A stretch of 64,000 nt of DNA from Gammaproteobacteria bacterium. GTDB lineage: Bacteria > Pseudomonadota > Gammaproteobacteria > Eutrophobiales > Eutrophobiaceae. Position numbers and translations under genes: made by a program. A model generated the notes under the pieces. It was not told the origin of the DNA and did no database searches. It saw nothing but the letters and a program-made list of their open reading frames with translations. This document shows positions 38,171 to 47,487 of the stretch, in pieces (position 1 is the first letter of the stretch; each line of letters begins with the position of its first letter). The stretch spans positions 384,001 through 448,000 of the forward strand of contig OZ220696.1 of the NCBI GenBank assembly GCA_965116495.1, in the 5' to 3' direction.

Positions 38171-40462
38171 ATGAGCAGCAAAAATATTAACAATAATTCA
38201 GTCAGTCTTGTGCGACTGTTAGTCACGAGTTTTGGAATCCTGCTGCTGGGTTTTTCCAGCGCCATCGTCGCCCAGGACAGCGTCGGGATTGAAGAGGTGG
38301 TGGTCACCGCGCAGCGTCGAGAGCAGAACTTGCAGGAAGTGCCGATTAGCATCTCCGCGTTCAACGCAGATAACGTCGAGGCATATATGTTCAATGACGT
38401 GACGGATTATCTTATCCGCACCCCCAATGCCGCCTGGACCTCGGTCGGTTCCAAGTCAAGACGGGAACTGTCTATCCGGGGCGCGACAAACCTCCTGAAT
38501 ATCAACCGTGGTTTGAGAACTTCCACGTTCGCTTTTTACCAGGATGATTTCAGTGTCAACGGGAGTACGGGTAATCCGCCGGTCATGGACGTAGAGCGCA
38601 TTGAGATTCTGCGCGGACCACAGGCGACTTACTTCGGCAGAAATGCACTTGCGGGCGGTCTCAGTGTTACCTCGAAAAAACCCCATAACGACCTGGCGGG
38701 GTCGGTAATGGTGGATTATTCACGTTTCGACACCATAGATGTCGAAGGTATTGTGAACCTGCCGGTCGTGAAAGACGTACTGGCCATGCGCGGCAACATC
38801 AAATACTCGGAATCGGATGGGAATATCAAGAACATCAATCCTGTCGGCGGCGGCAATGAGTCGGAATACAAATACGTCAGGACCGCAATACGTTTTACCC
38901 CAACTGATGCCCTGACCGTGGATATCACCGGAACGCTTGCCTCCGAGACAGCAGGCATGCGCGAAGGCGTCCCGACCGGAGTCTTCTCGAATTTCGGTAA
39001 CTTTCTATATCAGAGAGACAGTACAAGGTTTCCTGATGCCAATAACGACGGTATTCGGGAACCAATTCGGGACGGAGTCGGTTTCTACCCTGAAAACAGA
39101 ACGAGAGTAAATTTTAACTTCCCCCAACAGGTAGGCACCAATTACCGGATGATAACGGGCCGTGTGGATTATGAACTGGGCAATGTGTTGTTTACAAGCA
39201 TCTCCGGCCATATCAATTCGGATTTTTACCTGAATGGCGACGTAGATGGCGCCAGTATCGATGCCTGGAATGAATTCAGGAATATTGAACGCCAGAGCTT
39301 CAGCCAGGAAGTGCGCTTGCAGAATACCAACGAGGGCCGCTTCCAGTGGAGTGTCGGTGGTCTGTATGCCAAGGATGAAAGTGATTACAGAAGTGCCACT
39401 TTGACCGGCAGGGATAATGGATTTGGCGCGCCAGCGGGCATTCCCGTCGGTACTACAGACGATCATGATGAGATTGAAAGCTGGGCCCTGTTCGGGCAGT
39501 TTGACGCGGATTTCACGGACAAACTGACACTTTCCCTGGGGGGTCGATACAGCGAAGAAACGATCGGTGCAGATGTCAGCTATATTGCCGCTACTTTAAG
39601 TCAGATCGCTACGGTCGAGCAGAAATTTACCAGTTTTTCTCCCCGGTTTGCGGTTAACTATGGCGTTACCGAAGACATCAACCTGTACGGGACGATTTCG
39701 AAAGGCATCAAATCTGCCGGCATAAATACGGATGCCGCAATAGTTGTGCTCCAGACCGGCTCTGAAGAACTGACACAGTTCTTTGAGCCGGAGATTATGT
39801 GGAACTACGAACTGGGTGTAAAGGCGGACCTTTTCGATGACAGGCTGAGACTCAACGCCGCCGTATTTTACATGAAATGGACGGATATGCAGGCGGATTT
39901 CCTGCAATTCGTAGTGATAGACGGCGCGCTGGCGGGATTCGATGTGGTCAGTAACGCAGAATCTGCAACCTCGAAAGGTGTAGAGGTATCGCTTACTGCC
40001 CTACCCATCGAAAATCTCATTGTGAATTTTGACGTCGGTTACCTGAGTGCAAAATTTGACAAGGCCGTTATCTTTATTGAAGGACAGAATCATGTATTGG
40101 ATGGTGTAAGGACACCCCTGGCCCCCGAGTGGACTCTGGCTGCGGACGCCGAATATACGTTCAACGTCAGCCCGACATACGATGGTTTCGCCCGCGTCGA
40201 GTGGACGTACCGGGACGGGACCAAGACCAATGTTGCTGGCCTGATACACGATGGTTTTCCCTATTATTCGCCCAGCTACGATTTCTTCAACCTGCGCGCC
40301 GGCATTCGCCACAAGAACTTTACCATTACAGGGTATGCAGAGAACCTGTTTGATAGTAATTATTACCCGAATGCCTACATCAAAGCCTGGGCCAGCGGTA
40401 TGTCCGTTGAACCGTCATTCCGGACTTACGGCATTCGTGTAAAATATACGTACGGCGAGTAG
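38171..40462 (+). CDS. TonB-dependent receptor
   Basis: IEEVVVTAQRREQNLQ, ERIEILRGPQ, RTYGIRVKYTY. Confidence 0.95.
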   Translation: MSSKNINNNSVSLVRLLVTSFGILLLGFSSAIVAQDSVGIEEVVVTAQRREQNLQEVPISISAFNADNVEAYMFNDVTDYLIRTPNAAWTSVGSKSRRELSIRGATNLLNINRGLRTSTFAFYQDDFSVNGSTGNPPVMDVERIEILRGPQATYFGRNALAGGLSVTSKKPHNDLAGSVMVDYSRFDTIDVEGIVNLPVVKDVLAMRGNIKYSESDGNIKNINPVGGGNESEYKYVRTAIRFTPTDALTVDITGTLASETAGMREGVPTGVFSNFGNFLYQRDSTRFPDANNDGIREPIRDGVGFYPENRTRVNFNFPQQVGTNYRMITGRVDYELGNVLFTSISGHINSDFYLNGDVDGASIDAWNEFRNIERQSFSQEVRLQNTNEGRFQWSVGGLYAKDESDYRSATLTGRDNGFGAPAGIPVGTTDDHDEIESWALFGQFDADFTDKLTLSLGGRYSEETIGADVSYIAATLSQIATVEQKFTSFSPRFAVNYGVTEDINLYGTISKGIKSAGINTDAAIVVLQTGSEELTQFFEPEIMWNYELGVKADLFDDRLRLNAAVFYMKWTDMQADFLQFVVIDGALAGFDVVSNAESATSKGVEVSLTALPIENLIVNFDVGYLSAKFDKAVIFIEGQNHVLDGVRTPLAPEWTLAADAEYTFNVSPTYDGFARVEWTYRDGTKTNVAGLIHDGFPYYSPSYDFFNLRAGIRHKNFTITGYAENLFDSNYYPNAYIKAWASGMSVEPSFRTYGIRVKYTYGE

Positions 40463-40607
40463 TCTGGAAATCTATAAATAGGTAGCCCGTCACTCCCCTG
40501 CTGTCGCAGGGGCAGGCACTGCGCAAGTTTACGCCTGCATGGCGTTGAGCAGGTGCAGGAATCTATTCTGACAGTGTGCCGCAAAATGCGGCACACTGTA
40601 TCACCGT

Positions 40608-40629
40608 TTCCGGCATCCGCCGGAATGAC
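40608..40629. repeat. Family D-like REP half
   Basis: TTCCGGCATCCGCCGGAATGAC. Confidence 0.5.
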
Positions 40630-40686
40630 AGTTGGATCTGAACGACTAAGGGATAAGTGTCACACCTGATGGGGGAGGTAACTGGC

Positions 40687-41970
40687 ATGAGCATAAACCG
40701 GGCACTGTTAAGCATTATACTTCTGATTTTCCTGATAGCATTTGTCCTGACAGCAAATGCAGCCGGAATTTCTGCCATTATCGGCGGCACCGTGGTTGAC
40801 CTTGATGGGAATGCACCAATTGAGAATGCCGTGATTGTTATTGAGGGCGAGCGGATCGCGGCAATCGGCGCGGCCGGCAGCGTTGAAATCCCTGACGGCG
40901 CCGAGCAGGTAGACGCCAAGGGCACCTGGCTCATCCCCGGCCTGATGAATATGCACGTTCATCTCGGTCTTATCCTGCCCGGCAAGATGAAAGCGGAATT
41001 GGCCAACGAATCCGAAGCTGCACTGGCCCTGCGCATGGCTGCGGCAGCGCGGGAAACCCTGCAGGCAGGCGTTACTACCATACGTTTACCCGGGGACACG
41101 GCACATGCCGACCTGGCCCTGATGAGAGCGATAAACAAGGGACAGGCTGATGGCCCGCGCATATTCAGTTCCGGTGAAGCACTTACGATAACCGCCGGAC
41201 ACGGGTCAAAAGGCGGCAAGAGAAATTACGATGGCCCGGATGAACTGGTAAAAGCGGCGCGTACGCAGATCAGCGCAGGGGCGAAATGGATCAAGATCCT
41301 CATATCGGGCGGGATAGCCACCGCCGGGGGTGATCTTGATGCAGTACTGATGACACCCGGGGAGATCAGTGCGGTGATCGACGCTGCCCACCGCTTCGGG
41401 GTGAAGGTGACGGCGCACTCCGGTTCCCCGACAGCCACAAGCATTGCCATTGATGCCGGACTGGATTGTGTAGAACATGGTTACTTCCTTGATCGTCCGA
41501 CCCTCAGGAAAATGAGGGAGCACGGCACCTGGCTGGTGCCGACCATCGTCGTGAGCCAACCGGCTACAGAGCCGTTTTTTAAGGCGATCGGTTCACCGCC
41601 GTGGTACCTGGAACGGCGTAATTCCGCCGGCATAGCGCACTGGAAGGCGCTGCAGATGGCTATTGAGGAGGGCGTGAATATCGCCGTAGGTACGGACCAG
41701 TTACCGCACGAACCCAATGACGGCACCACAGCGACCGTGCGCGAGGCGCAATACTACGCGGAAGCCGGCATGACCCCGCTGCAGGCGTTGCGCTCGGCAA
41801 CTATAGAACCCGCCAGGCTGCTGGAAGCGGAGGATGAGATCGGGTCTCTGGAAACGGGCAAATATGCCGATATCGTTGCCGTGGACAGTGACCCCACGGA
41901 AGACATCAAGGCATTGCGCAATATCCTGCTGGTGATGAAAGGCGGCAAGGTCTACCGTAATAATCTGTAG
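40687..41970 (+). CDS. Secreted metal-dependent amidohydrolase, paralog 1 of 4
   Basis: Signal peptide; PGLMNMHVH, KWIK, AHS, VEHG, GTD. Confidence 0.92.
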   Translation: MSINRALLSIILLIFLIAFVLTANAAGISAIIGGTVVDLDGNAPIENAVIVIEGERIAAIGAAGSVEIPDGAEQVDAKGTWLIPGLMNMHVHLGLILPGKMKAELANESEAALALRMAAAARETLQAGVTTIRLPGDTAHADLALMRAINKGQADGPRIFSSGEALTITAGHGSKGGKRNYDGPDELVKAARTQISAGAKWIKILISGGIATAGGDLDAVLMTPGEISAVIDAAHRFGVKVTAHSGSPTATSIAIDAGLDCVEHGYFLDRPTLRKMREHGTWLVPTIVVSQPATEPFFKAIGSPPWYLERRNSAGIAHWKALQMAIEEGVNIAVGTDQLPHEPNDGTTATVREAQYYAEAGMTPLQALRSATIEPARLLEAEDEIGSLETGKYADIVAVDSDPTEDIKALRNILLVMKGGKVYRNNL

Positions 41971-42053
41971 AAAAAGCATTTAATCCATCACCGGAATCGC
42001 AAAAAAGGCGATATTGCATAGAGAGGGGCCATCCCTGATCAGCAGGCCATGAA

Positions 42054-43385
42054 ATGAGCATCAACCGGGCACTGTCCAGAAAAACAGGGGACAGGTTTCA
42101 AATCTGCCCCGGGTGGATTCCGGTAGTTCTGACGTTTCTCACGGCGTTTATCCTCACAGCCAATGCAGCCGGAATGACCGCCATCGTCGGCGGCACGGTG
42201 GTAGACCTGGAGGGCAAAGCGCCCATCGAAAATGCCGTTATCCTCGTTGAAGAGGACAGGATCGCGGCAATCGGTGAAGCCGGCAACGTAGAAATTCCTG
42301 ACGGAACCGAACAGATAGACGCCAGGGGCACCTGGCTGATCCCCGGCCTGATGAACATGCACGTCCACCTCGGCCTCGTTATGCCCGGCAGGATGACTGC
42401 TGAACTGTCCGATGAAAGTGAAGCGGCCCTGGCACTGCGCATGGCCGCGAACGCGCGGGAGACTCTGCAGGCCGGCGTCACCACCATCCGCTTGACAGGC
42501 AGCCGGGCCCATGCCGACCTGGCTCTGATGAGAGCGATAAACAAAGGCCAGGCCGATGGCCCGCGCATCTTCAGCGCCGGCGAAACGCTCACCATTACCG
42601 CGGGGCACGGTTCGAAAAAGCCGGGAAAGAAGAATTATGACGGCCCGGACGAATTGGTAAAAGCGGCGCGCACCCAGATCAGCGCCGGGGCTAAATGGCT
42701 CAAGATACTGATTTCGGGCGGAATAGCCACCGATGGCGGCGGTCTTGCCGCGGCATTGATGACTCCCGGGGAAATCCGGGCGGTAATCGACGCGGCGCAC
42801 CGTTTCGGCGTAAAGGTGACGGCCCACTCCGGTTCCCCGGCAGCTACTGACGTTGCTATCGATGCCGGGCTGGACTGCGTTGAACACGGTTATTTCCTGG
42901 ATCGTCCGACCCTGAAGAAAATGAAGGAACACGGAACCTGGCTGGTCCCGACCATCGTTGTCACCGCGCCTGAAACCCAACCGTTTTTTGAGCGGATGGG
43001 TATGCCCCCGTGGTACATGGAACGGCGTAATTCCGCCGGCAAGTTGCACTGGCAGGCACTTGAGATGGCCATTGAAGAAGGTGTCAGCATCGCCCTGGGC
43101 ACCGACCAGTTGCCTTTCGAACCCAATGACGGGACCACGGCAACCGCGCTCGAGGCGCAATATTACGTGGAAGCAGGCATGACGCCGCTGCAGGCCTTGC
43201 GCTCGGCAACCATAGAATCCGCCAGACTGTTGGAGGCCGAGGATGAGATTGGTTTCCTGAAACAGGGCAAGTACGCCGATATTGTTGCCGTTGACAAGGA
43301 TCCCACGGAAGACATCAAGGCATTGCGTAATATCCTGCTGGTGATGAAGGGCGGGAAGGTTTACCGTAATCTACTTAAACAGTAA
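42054..43385 (+). CDS. Secreted amidohydrolase, paralog 2 (repeat-derived insert in signal peptide)
   Basis: Same motifs; 13 extra N-terminal residues spanning palindrome 42087-42110. Confidence 0.92.
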   Translation: MSINRALSRKTGDRFQICPGWIPVVLTFLTAFILTANAAGMTAIVGGTVVDLEGKAPIENAVILVEEDRIAAIGEAGNVEIPDGTEQIDARGTWLIPGLMNMHVHLGLVMPGRMTAELSDESEAALALRMAANARETLQAGVTTIRLTGSRAHADLALMRAINKGQADGPRIFSAGETLTITAGHGSKKPGKKNYDGPDELVKAARTQISAGAKWLKILISGGIATDGGGLAAALMTPGEIRAVIDAAHRFGVKVTAHSGSPAATDVAIDAGLDCVEHGYFLDRPTLKKMKEHGTWLVPTIVVTAPETQPFFERMGMPPWYMERRNSAGKLHWQALEMAIEEGVSIALGTDQLPFEPNDGTTATALEAQYYVEAGMTPLQALRSATIESARLLEAEDEIGFLKQGKYADIVAVDKDPTEDIKALRNILLVMKGGKVYRNLLKQ

Positions 43386-43439
43386 GCGATCAAGCGTACA
43401 GAAACGGAGAGGACGCGATACTTGATGGAGGCGAATGAA

Positions 43440-44726
43440 ATGAGCATAAACCGGGTGCTGGTAAGAATTGTCTTTCTCATCTTACTCGCAGCAGTTGTCA
43501 TTACGGCGAATGCTACCGGCGTTACAGCCATTGTCGGCGGTACTGTTGTCGACCTGGACGGCAAAGCGCCGGTTGAAAACGCCGTTATTCTCGTGGATGG
43601 GGATCGGATCGCGGCAATAGGCGCAGCCGGCAACGTGAAAATTCCGGACGGCGCCAGGCAGATAGACACCAGCGGCACCTGGCTCATCCCCGGCCTGATG
43701 AACATGCACGTCCACCTGGGTCTCGTCCTGCCCGGCAAAATGAAGGCTGAATTGTCCGATGAAAGCGAGGCGGCGCTGGCGCTGCGCATGGCCATGAACG
43801 CGCGTGACAGCCTGCAGGCCGGCGTCACCACCATCCGTTTGACGGGTGACCGCGGCCATGCCGACTTGGACCTTATGCGGGCGATCAACAAGGGCCAGGC
43901 CGACGGGCCGCGCATATTCAGCGCCGGCGAAGAACTCACTATTACTGCAGGACATGGGTCGAAGTTGCCCGGCAAAACCAATTACGACGGCCCTGACCAA
44001 CTGGTGAAAGCGGCGCGTACGCAGATCAGCGCCGGGGCGAAGTGGCTCAAGATCCTCATATCGGGCGGCATAGCCACCGACAGCGGCGGGCTTGCCGAGG
44101 CGCTGATGACACCGGAAGAGATCCATGCGGTGATCGATGCGGGCCACCGGTTCGGCGCCAAGGTCACGGCCCACTCCGGTTCCCCGGCGGCGACACAGGT
44201 TGCCGTAGATGCCGGGCTTGACTGTGTGGAGCACGGTTATTTCCTGGATCGTCCCACCCTGAAGAAGATGAAGGAACACGGTACCTGGCTGGTGCCGACC
44301 ATCGTTGTCACCGCGCCTGGGACACGGCCGTTTTACCAGCGTATAGGATCCCCGCCGTGGTACCTGGAACGGCTTCATTCCACCGGCAAGGCGCACTGGC
44401 GGGCTCTTGAGATGGCCATTGAAGAAGGCGTGAATATTGCCCTGGGTACCGACCAGATGCCTGCCGAACCTAACGACGGGACCACGGCGACCGCGCGTGA
44501 GGCTCAGTACTACGTGGAGGCGGGCATGACGCCGTTGCAGGCGTTACGCTCTGCGACCATCGATACAGCGAGACTGCTCGAGGCGGAGGACGAGATCGGT
44601 TCCCTGGAAGCAGGCAAGTACGCCGATATTGTTGCCGTAGACAGGGACCCCACACAAGACATCAAGGCCTTGCGTCACATCCTTCTGGTAATGAAGGGTG
44701 GTAAGGTTTACCGCAACAAGTTGTAG
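43440..44726 (+). CDS. Secreted amidohydrolase, paralog 3
   Basis: Same motifs; start MSINRV. Confidence 0.92.
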   Translation: MSINRVLVRIVFLILLAAVVITANATGVTAIVGGTVVDLDGKAPVENAVILVDGDRIAAIGAAGNVKIPDGARQIDTSGTWLIPGLMNMHVHLGLVLPGKMKAELSDESEAALALRMAMNARDSLQAGVTTIRLTGDRGHADLDLMRAINKGQADGPRIFSAGEELTITAGHGSKLPGKTNYDGPDQLVKAARTQISAGAKWLKILISGGIATDSGGLAEALMTPEEIHAVIDAGHRFGAKVTAHSGSPAATQVAVDAGLDCVEHGYFLDRPTLKKMKEHGTWLVPTIVVTAPGTRPFYQRIGSPPWYLERLHSTGKAHWRALEMAIEEGVNIALGTDQMPAEPNDGTTATAREAQYYVEAGMTPLQALRSATIDTARLLEAEDEIGSLEAGKYADIVAVDRDPTQDIKALRHILLVMKGGKVYRNKL

Positions 44727-44738
44727 CGAAACATCGAA

Positions 44739-44763
44739 GGGGACGGATTTGAAATCCGTCCCC
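44739..44763. repeat. Family B palindrome
   Basis: GGGGACGGATTT-G-AAATCCGTCCCC. Confidence 0.85.
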
Positions 44764-44787
44764 GGGCACAGAAGGAGGGTTATTGAA

Positions 44788-46074
44788 ATGAGAAATACTC
44801 GGTTACGGTTCAGCGCTCTATTACTGATATTCCTTGCGCTATCTGTCCAGGCAGTTGATACGAATGTAGTTACCGCCATCGTCGGTGGCACAGTGGTGGA
44901 CCTGGAGGGTAAAGCGCCGATAGAAAACGCCGTTATTGTCGTCGAAGGGGAACGGATAGCGACAATCGGTCCAGCCGGAAGTGTGGAAATTCCTGATAGC
45001 GCTGAGCAGATAGACGTCAAGGGCGCCTGGCTGATCCCCGGCCTGATGAACATGCACGTTCACCTTGGTCTGGTTCTGCCCGGCAAGATGAAGGCCGAAC
45101 TGCACAATGAAAGCGAAGCGGCGCTGGCGTTGCGCATGGCAATGAACGCGCGTGAGAGCCTGCAAGCCGGCGTTACAACCATTCGTTTGACGGGAGATCT
45201 GCATCAGGCCGACCTGGCCCTGATGCGGGCGATAAACAAGGGTCAGGCGGACGGACCGCGTATCTTCAGCGCCGGCCAAGCGCTTACGATAGTCGCAGGT
45301 CATGGGTCGAAAAAGGAAGGCAGAAAAAAATTCAGCGGGCCTGACGAACTGGTAAAAGGAGCCCGTACCCAGATCAGCGCCGGGGCCAAGTGGATCAAGA
45401 TAGCGATTTCCGGGGGTATAGCCACAGACGGCGGCGGTCTTGCCGAAGCATTGATGATGCCCGAGGAAATCCAGGCGGTGATCGACGCGGCCCACCGTTT
45501 CGGCGTAAAGGTGACGGCCCACTCCGGCTCCCCGGTTGCGACAAGCATTGCCGTAGACTACGGGCTTGATTGCGTGGAACACGGTTATTTCCTGGATCGT
45601 CCCACCCTGAAGAAGATGAAGGAACACGGTACCTGGCTGGTGCCGACCATCGTCGTCAGCCAACCGGCCACGGCGCCGTTTTTTGAGCGGATTGGCTCTC
45701 CGCCCTGGTACCTGAAACGGCGCGATTCCGCGGGCAAGGCCCACTGGAAGGCGCTTCAGATGGCCATCGAGGAAGGTGTGAATATCGCCCTGGGCACCGA
45801 CCAGATGCCTGCCGAACCCAATGACGGCACCACCGCGACCGCCCGCGAGGCCCAATACTACGTGGAAGCGGGCATGACCCCGCTGCAGGCGTTGCGCTCC
45901 GCCACCGTAGAAACCGCCAGGATGCTGGAAGCCGGGGATGAGACAGGCACGCTGGAACAGGGTAAATATGCCGATATCGTGGCTGTGGACAGGGACCCGA
46001 CGCAGGACATCAAGGCGCTGCGCAATATCCTGCTGGTGATGAAAGGCGGCAAGGTCTACCGTAACAAGTTGTAG
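44788..46074 (+). CDS. Secreted amidohydrolase, paralog 4
   Basis: Same motifs; AGGAGG upstream of MRNTRL. Confidence 0.92.
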   Translation: MRNTRLRFSALLLIFLALSVQAVDTNVVTAIVGGTVVDLEGKAPIENAVIVVEGERIATIGPAGSVEIPDSAEQIDVKGAWLIPGLMNMHVHLGLVLPGKMKAELHNESEAALALRMAMNARESLQAGVTTIRLTGDLHQADLALMRAINKGQADGPRIFSAGQALTIVAGHGSKKEGRKKFSGPDELVKGARTQISAGAKWIKIAISGGIATDGGGLAEALMMPEEIQAVIDAAHRFGVKVTAHSGSPVATSIAVDYGLDCVEHGYFLDRPTLKKMKEHGTWLVPTIVVSQPATAPFFERIGSPPWYLKRRDSAGKAHWKALQMAIEEGVNIALGTDQMPAEPNDGTTATAREAQYYVEAGMTPLQALRSATVETARMLEAGDETGTLEQGKYADIVAVDRDPTQDIKALRNILLVMKGGKVYRNKL

Positions 46075-46088
46075 CAACAAGCGATTCA

Positions 46089-46112
46089 GGGGACGGATTT
46101 AAATCCGTCCCC
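46089..46112. repeat. Family B palindrome
   Basis: Perfect 24-bp palindrome GGGGACGGATTTAAATCCGTCCCC. Confidence 0.85.
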
Positions 46113-46139
46113 CGGTTATGCGGTGATGTCCAATCAGGT

Positions 46140-46265
46140 TCAAAAATTAAACTTGACGCCGCCGCCGTAGGACGCGGGCCTGCTCGGCTTGCTCAGGTGG
46201 ATGCCGGGACCGAATACGTCGGTGCCCATCGCGGTAGACTGCTGTTCATCCGGCACATTCTTTAT
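46140..46265 (-). pseudogene. C-terminal remnant of a TonB-dependent receptor
   Basis: KNVPDEQ...FGPG...SRPASYGGGVKFNF-stop resembles TBDR C-termini, including terminal Phe. Confidence 0.7.
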
Positions 46266-46308
46266 TTTAGCTGATATATTATGCAAATATAGAAGGCATA
46301 ACCCGATT

Positions 46309-47487
46309 ATGATATCAATACTTAACAACTGCAGCGTCCTGGATGTGGAAAGCGGCGCCATAACCGAAGCGGCAATTACTGTCAGTGACGGTGAAATCCA
46401 TTCCATTGGCGAGGGGGTTGAACAGGACGGAAGTTGCCAGGTTATCGATATGCAAGGCGCCTGCCTGTTGCCGGGCCTGATCAGTTGCCATACACACCTG
46501 ACCATTGTATTTCCATTTAGTTTGAGCGACCCGGGGGAAGACGCGGCAATGTCGGCTTATCGCGCCTACAGCAGGGGGCAGGACGCATTGCAGGCCGGGG
46601 TGACCACCGTTCGCACGGTGGGCGAACTGAACCGCGCCGACATAGCGTTGCGTAAATCTATCGCTGAAGGCTGGGTAACCGGCCCGCGCATCTATTCTGC
46701 GGGGCTGGGCGTTTCCGTTACCGGCGGCCACGGTCACGGGTTTACGGCGGAGGCGGACGGCGCGGACGATTTCAGGAAAAAATGCCGGGAGGACTTACTG
46801 GCCGGGGCAGACCATATAAAAATCTTCATGACCGGGGGCATAGCGCAAAAGGATGAAACCTTCTCCGAATCGCAAATGTCGGACGAGGAGATCCGGGCCA
46901 CAGTCGAGGTCGCCAGGAGCAAGGGGACTTACGTGTGTGCCCACGTGGGAGATTCCGAGCCCATCATGAAAGGAGTCAGGGCAGGGGTGCGCTCATTTGA
47001 ACATGCCTATAACCTGGATTTCTCCACGGCCTCGGCCATCAGGGAAGCCGGCGGTTATATTGTGCCTACGCTCGGCGTGACTCGCTCCAGGGACTGGATG
47101 CGCAGACACGGGTTTGAAGAATGGACAATCTGCAAGGCCGTAGCCGCGGCCTCGGACCACTTGGAAAGCATCAGGACTGCGGTCAGGGCAGGCGTTACCC
47201 TGGTGAACGGGACGGACATTCCACCCGGTGACACGGATGATGGCGCGCCGGTCGCGGTGCGTGAAATGGAACATTGCCTGGAGGCAGGTTTAAGCCCCCT
47301 GCAGGTCATCCAGACAGCCACAGTCAATGCGGCGGCATTGATTAATGACGAAAAACTGGGAGTAATCAAGCCTGGGGCGAAGGCCGATTTAATTGCGACA
47401 CCCGGCAATCCTATGGAAGATATCAGCCGGTTGAGGGAAATATTTTTTGTTATGCAGGGCGGCAGGATAATCAGGGATGACCGTTAA
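46309..47487 (+). CDS. Cytoplasmic metal-dependent amidohydrolase (Xaa-Pro dipeptidase-like)
   Basis: PGLISCHTH, TGGHG, DHIK, CAH, FEHA, GTD. Confidence 0.9.
   Translation: MISILNNCSVLDVESGAITEAAITVSDGEIHSIGEGVEQDGSCQVIDMQGACLLPGLISCHTHLTIVFPFSLSDPGEDAAMSAYRAYSRGQDALQAGVTTVRTVGELNRADIALRKSIAEGWVTGPRIYSAGLGVSVTGGHGHGFTAEADGADDFRKKCREDLLAGADHIKIFMTGGIAQKDETFSESQMSDEEIRATVEVARSKGTYVCAHVGDSEPIMKGVRAGVRSFEHAYNLDFSTASAIREAGGYIVPTLGVTRSRDWMRRHGFEEWTICKAVAAASDHLESIRTAVRAGVTLVNGTDIPPGDTDDGAPVAVREMEHCLEAGLSPLQVIQTATVNAAALINDEKLGVIKPGAKADLIATPGNPMEDISRLREIFFVMQGGRIIRDDR

Noticed and set aside
40687-46074. Diversity-generating retroelement or invertase shuffling behind paralog variation
   Set aside because: No reverse transcriptase or recombinase in the window, and differences are not adenine-specific.
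42039-46080. Long antisense ORFs (373, 304 and 413 aa)
   Set aside because: Shadows of GC-rich amidohydrolase genes, repeated only because the sense genes are paralogs.
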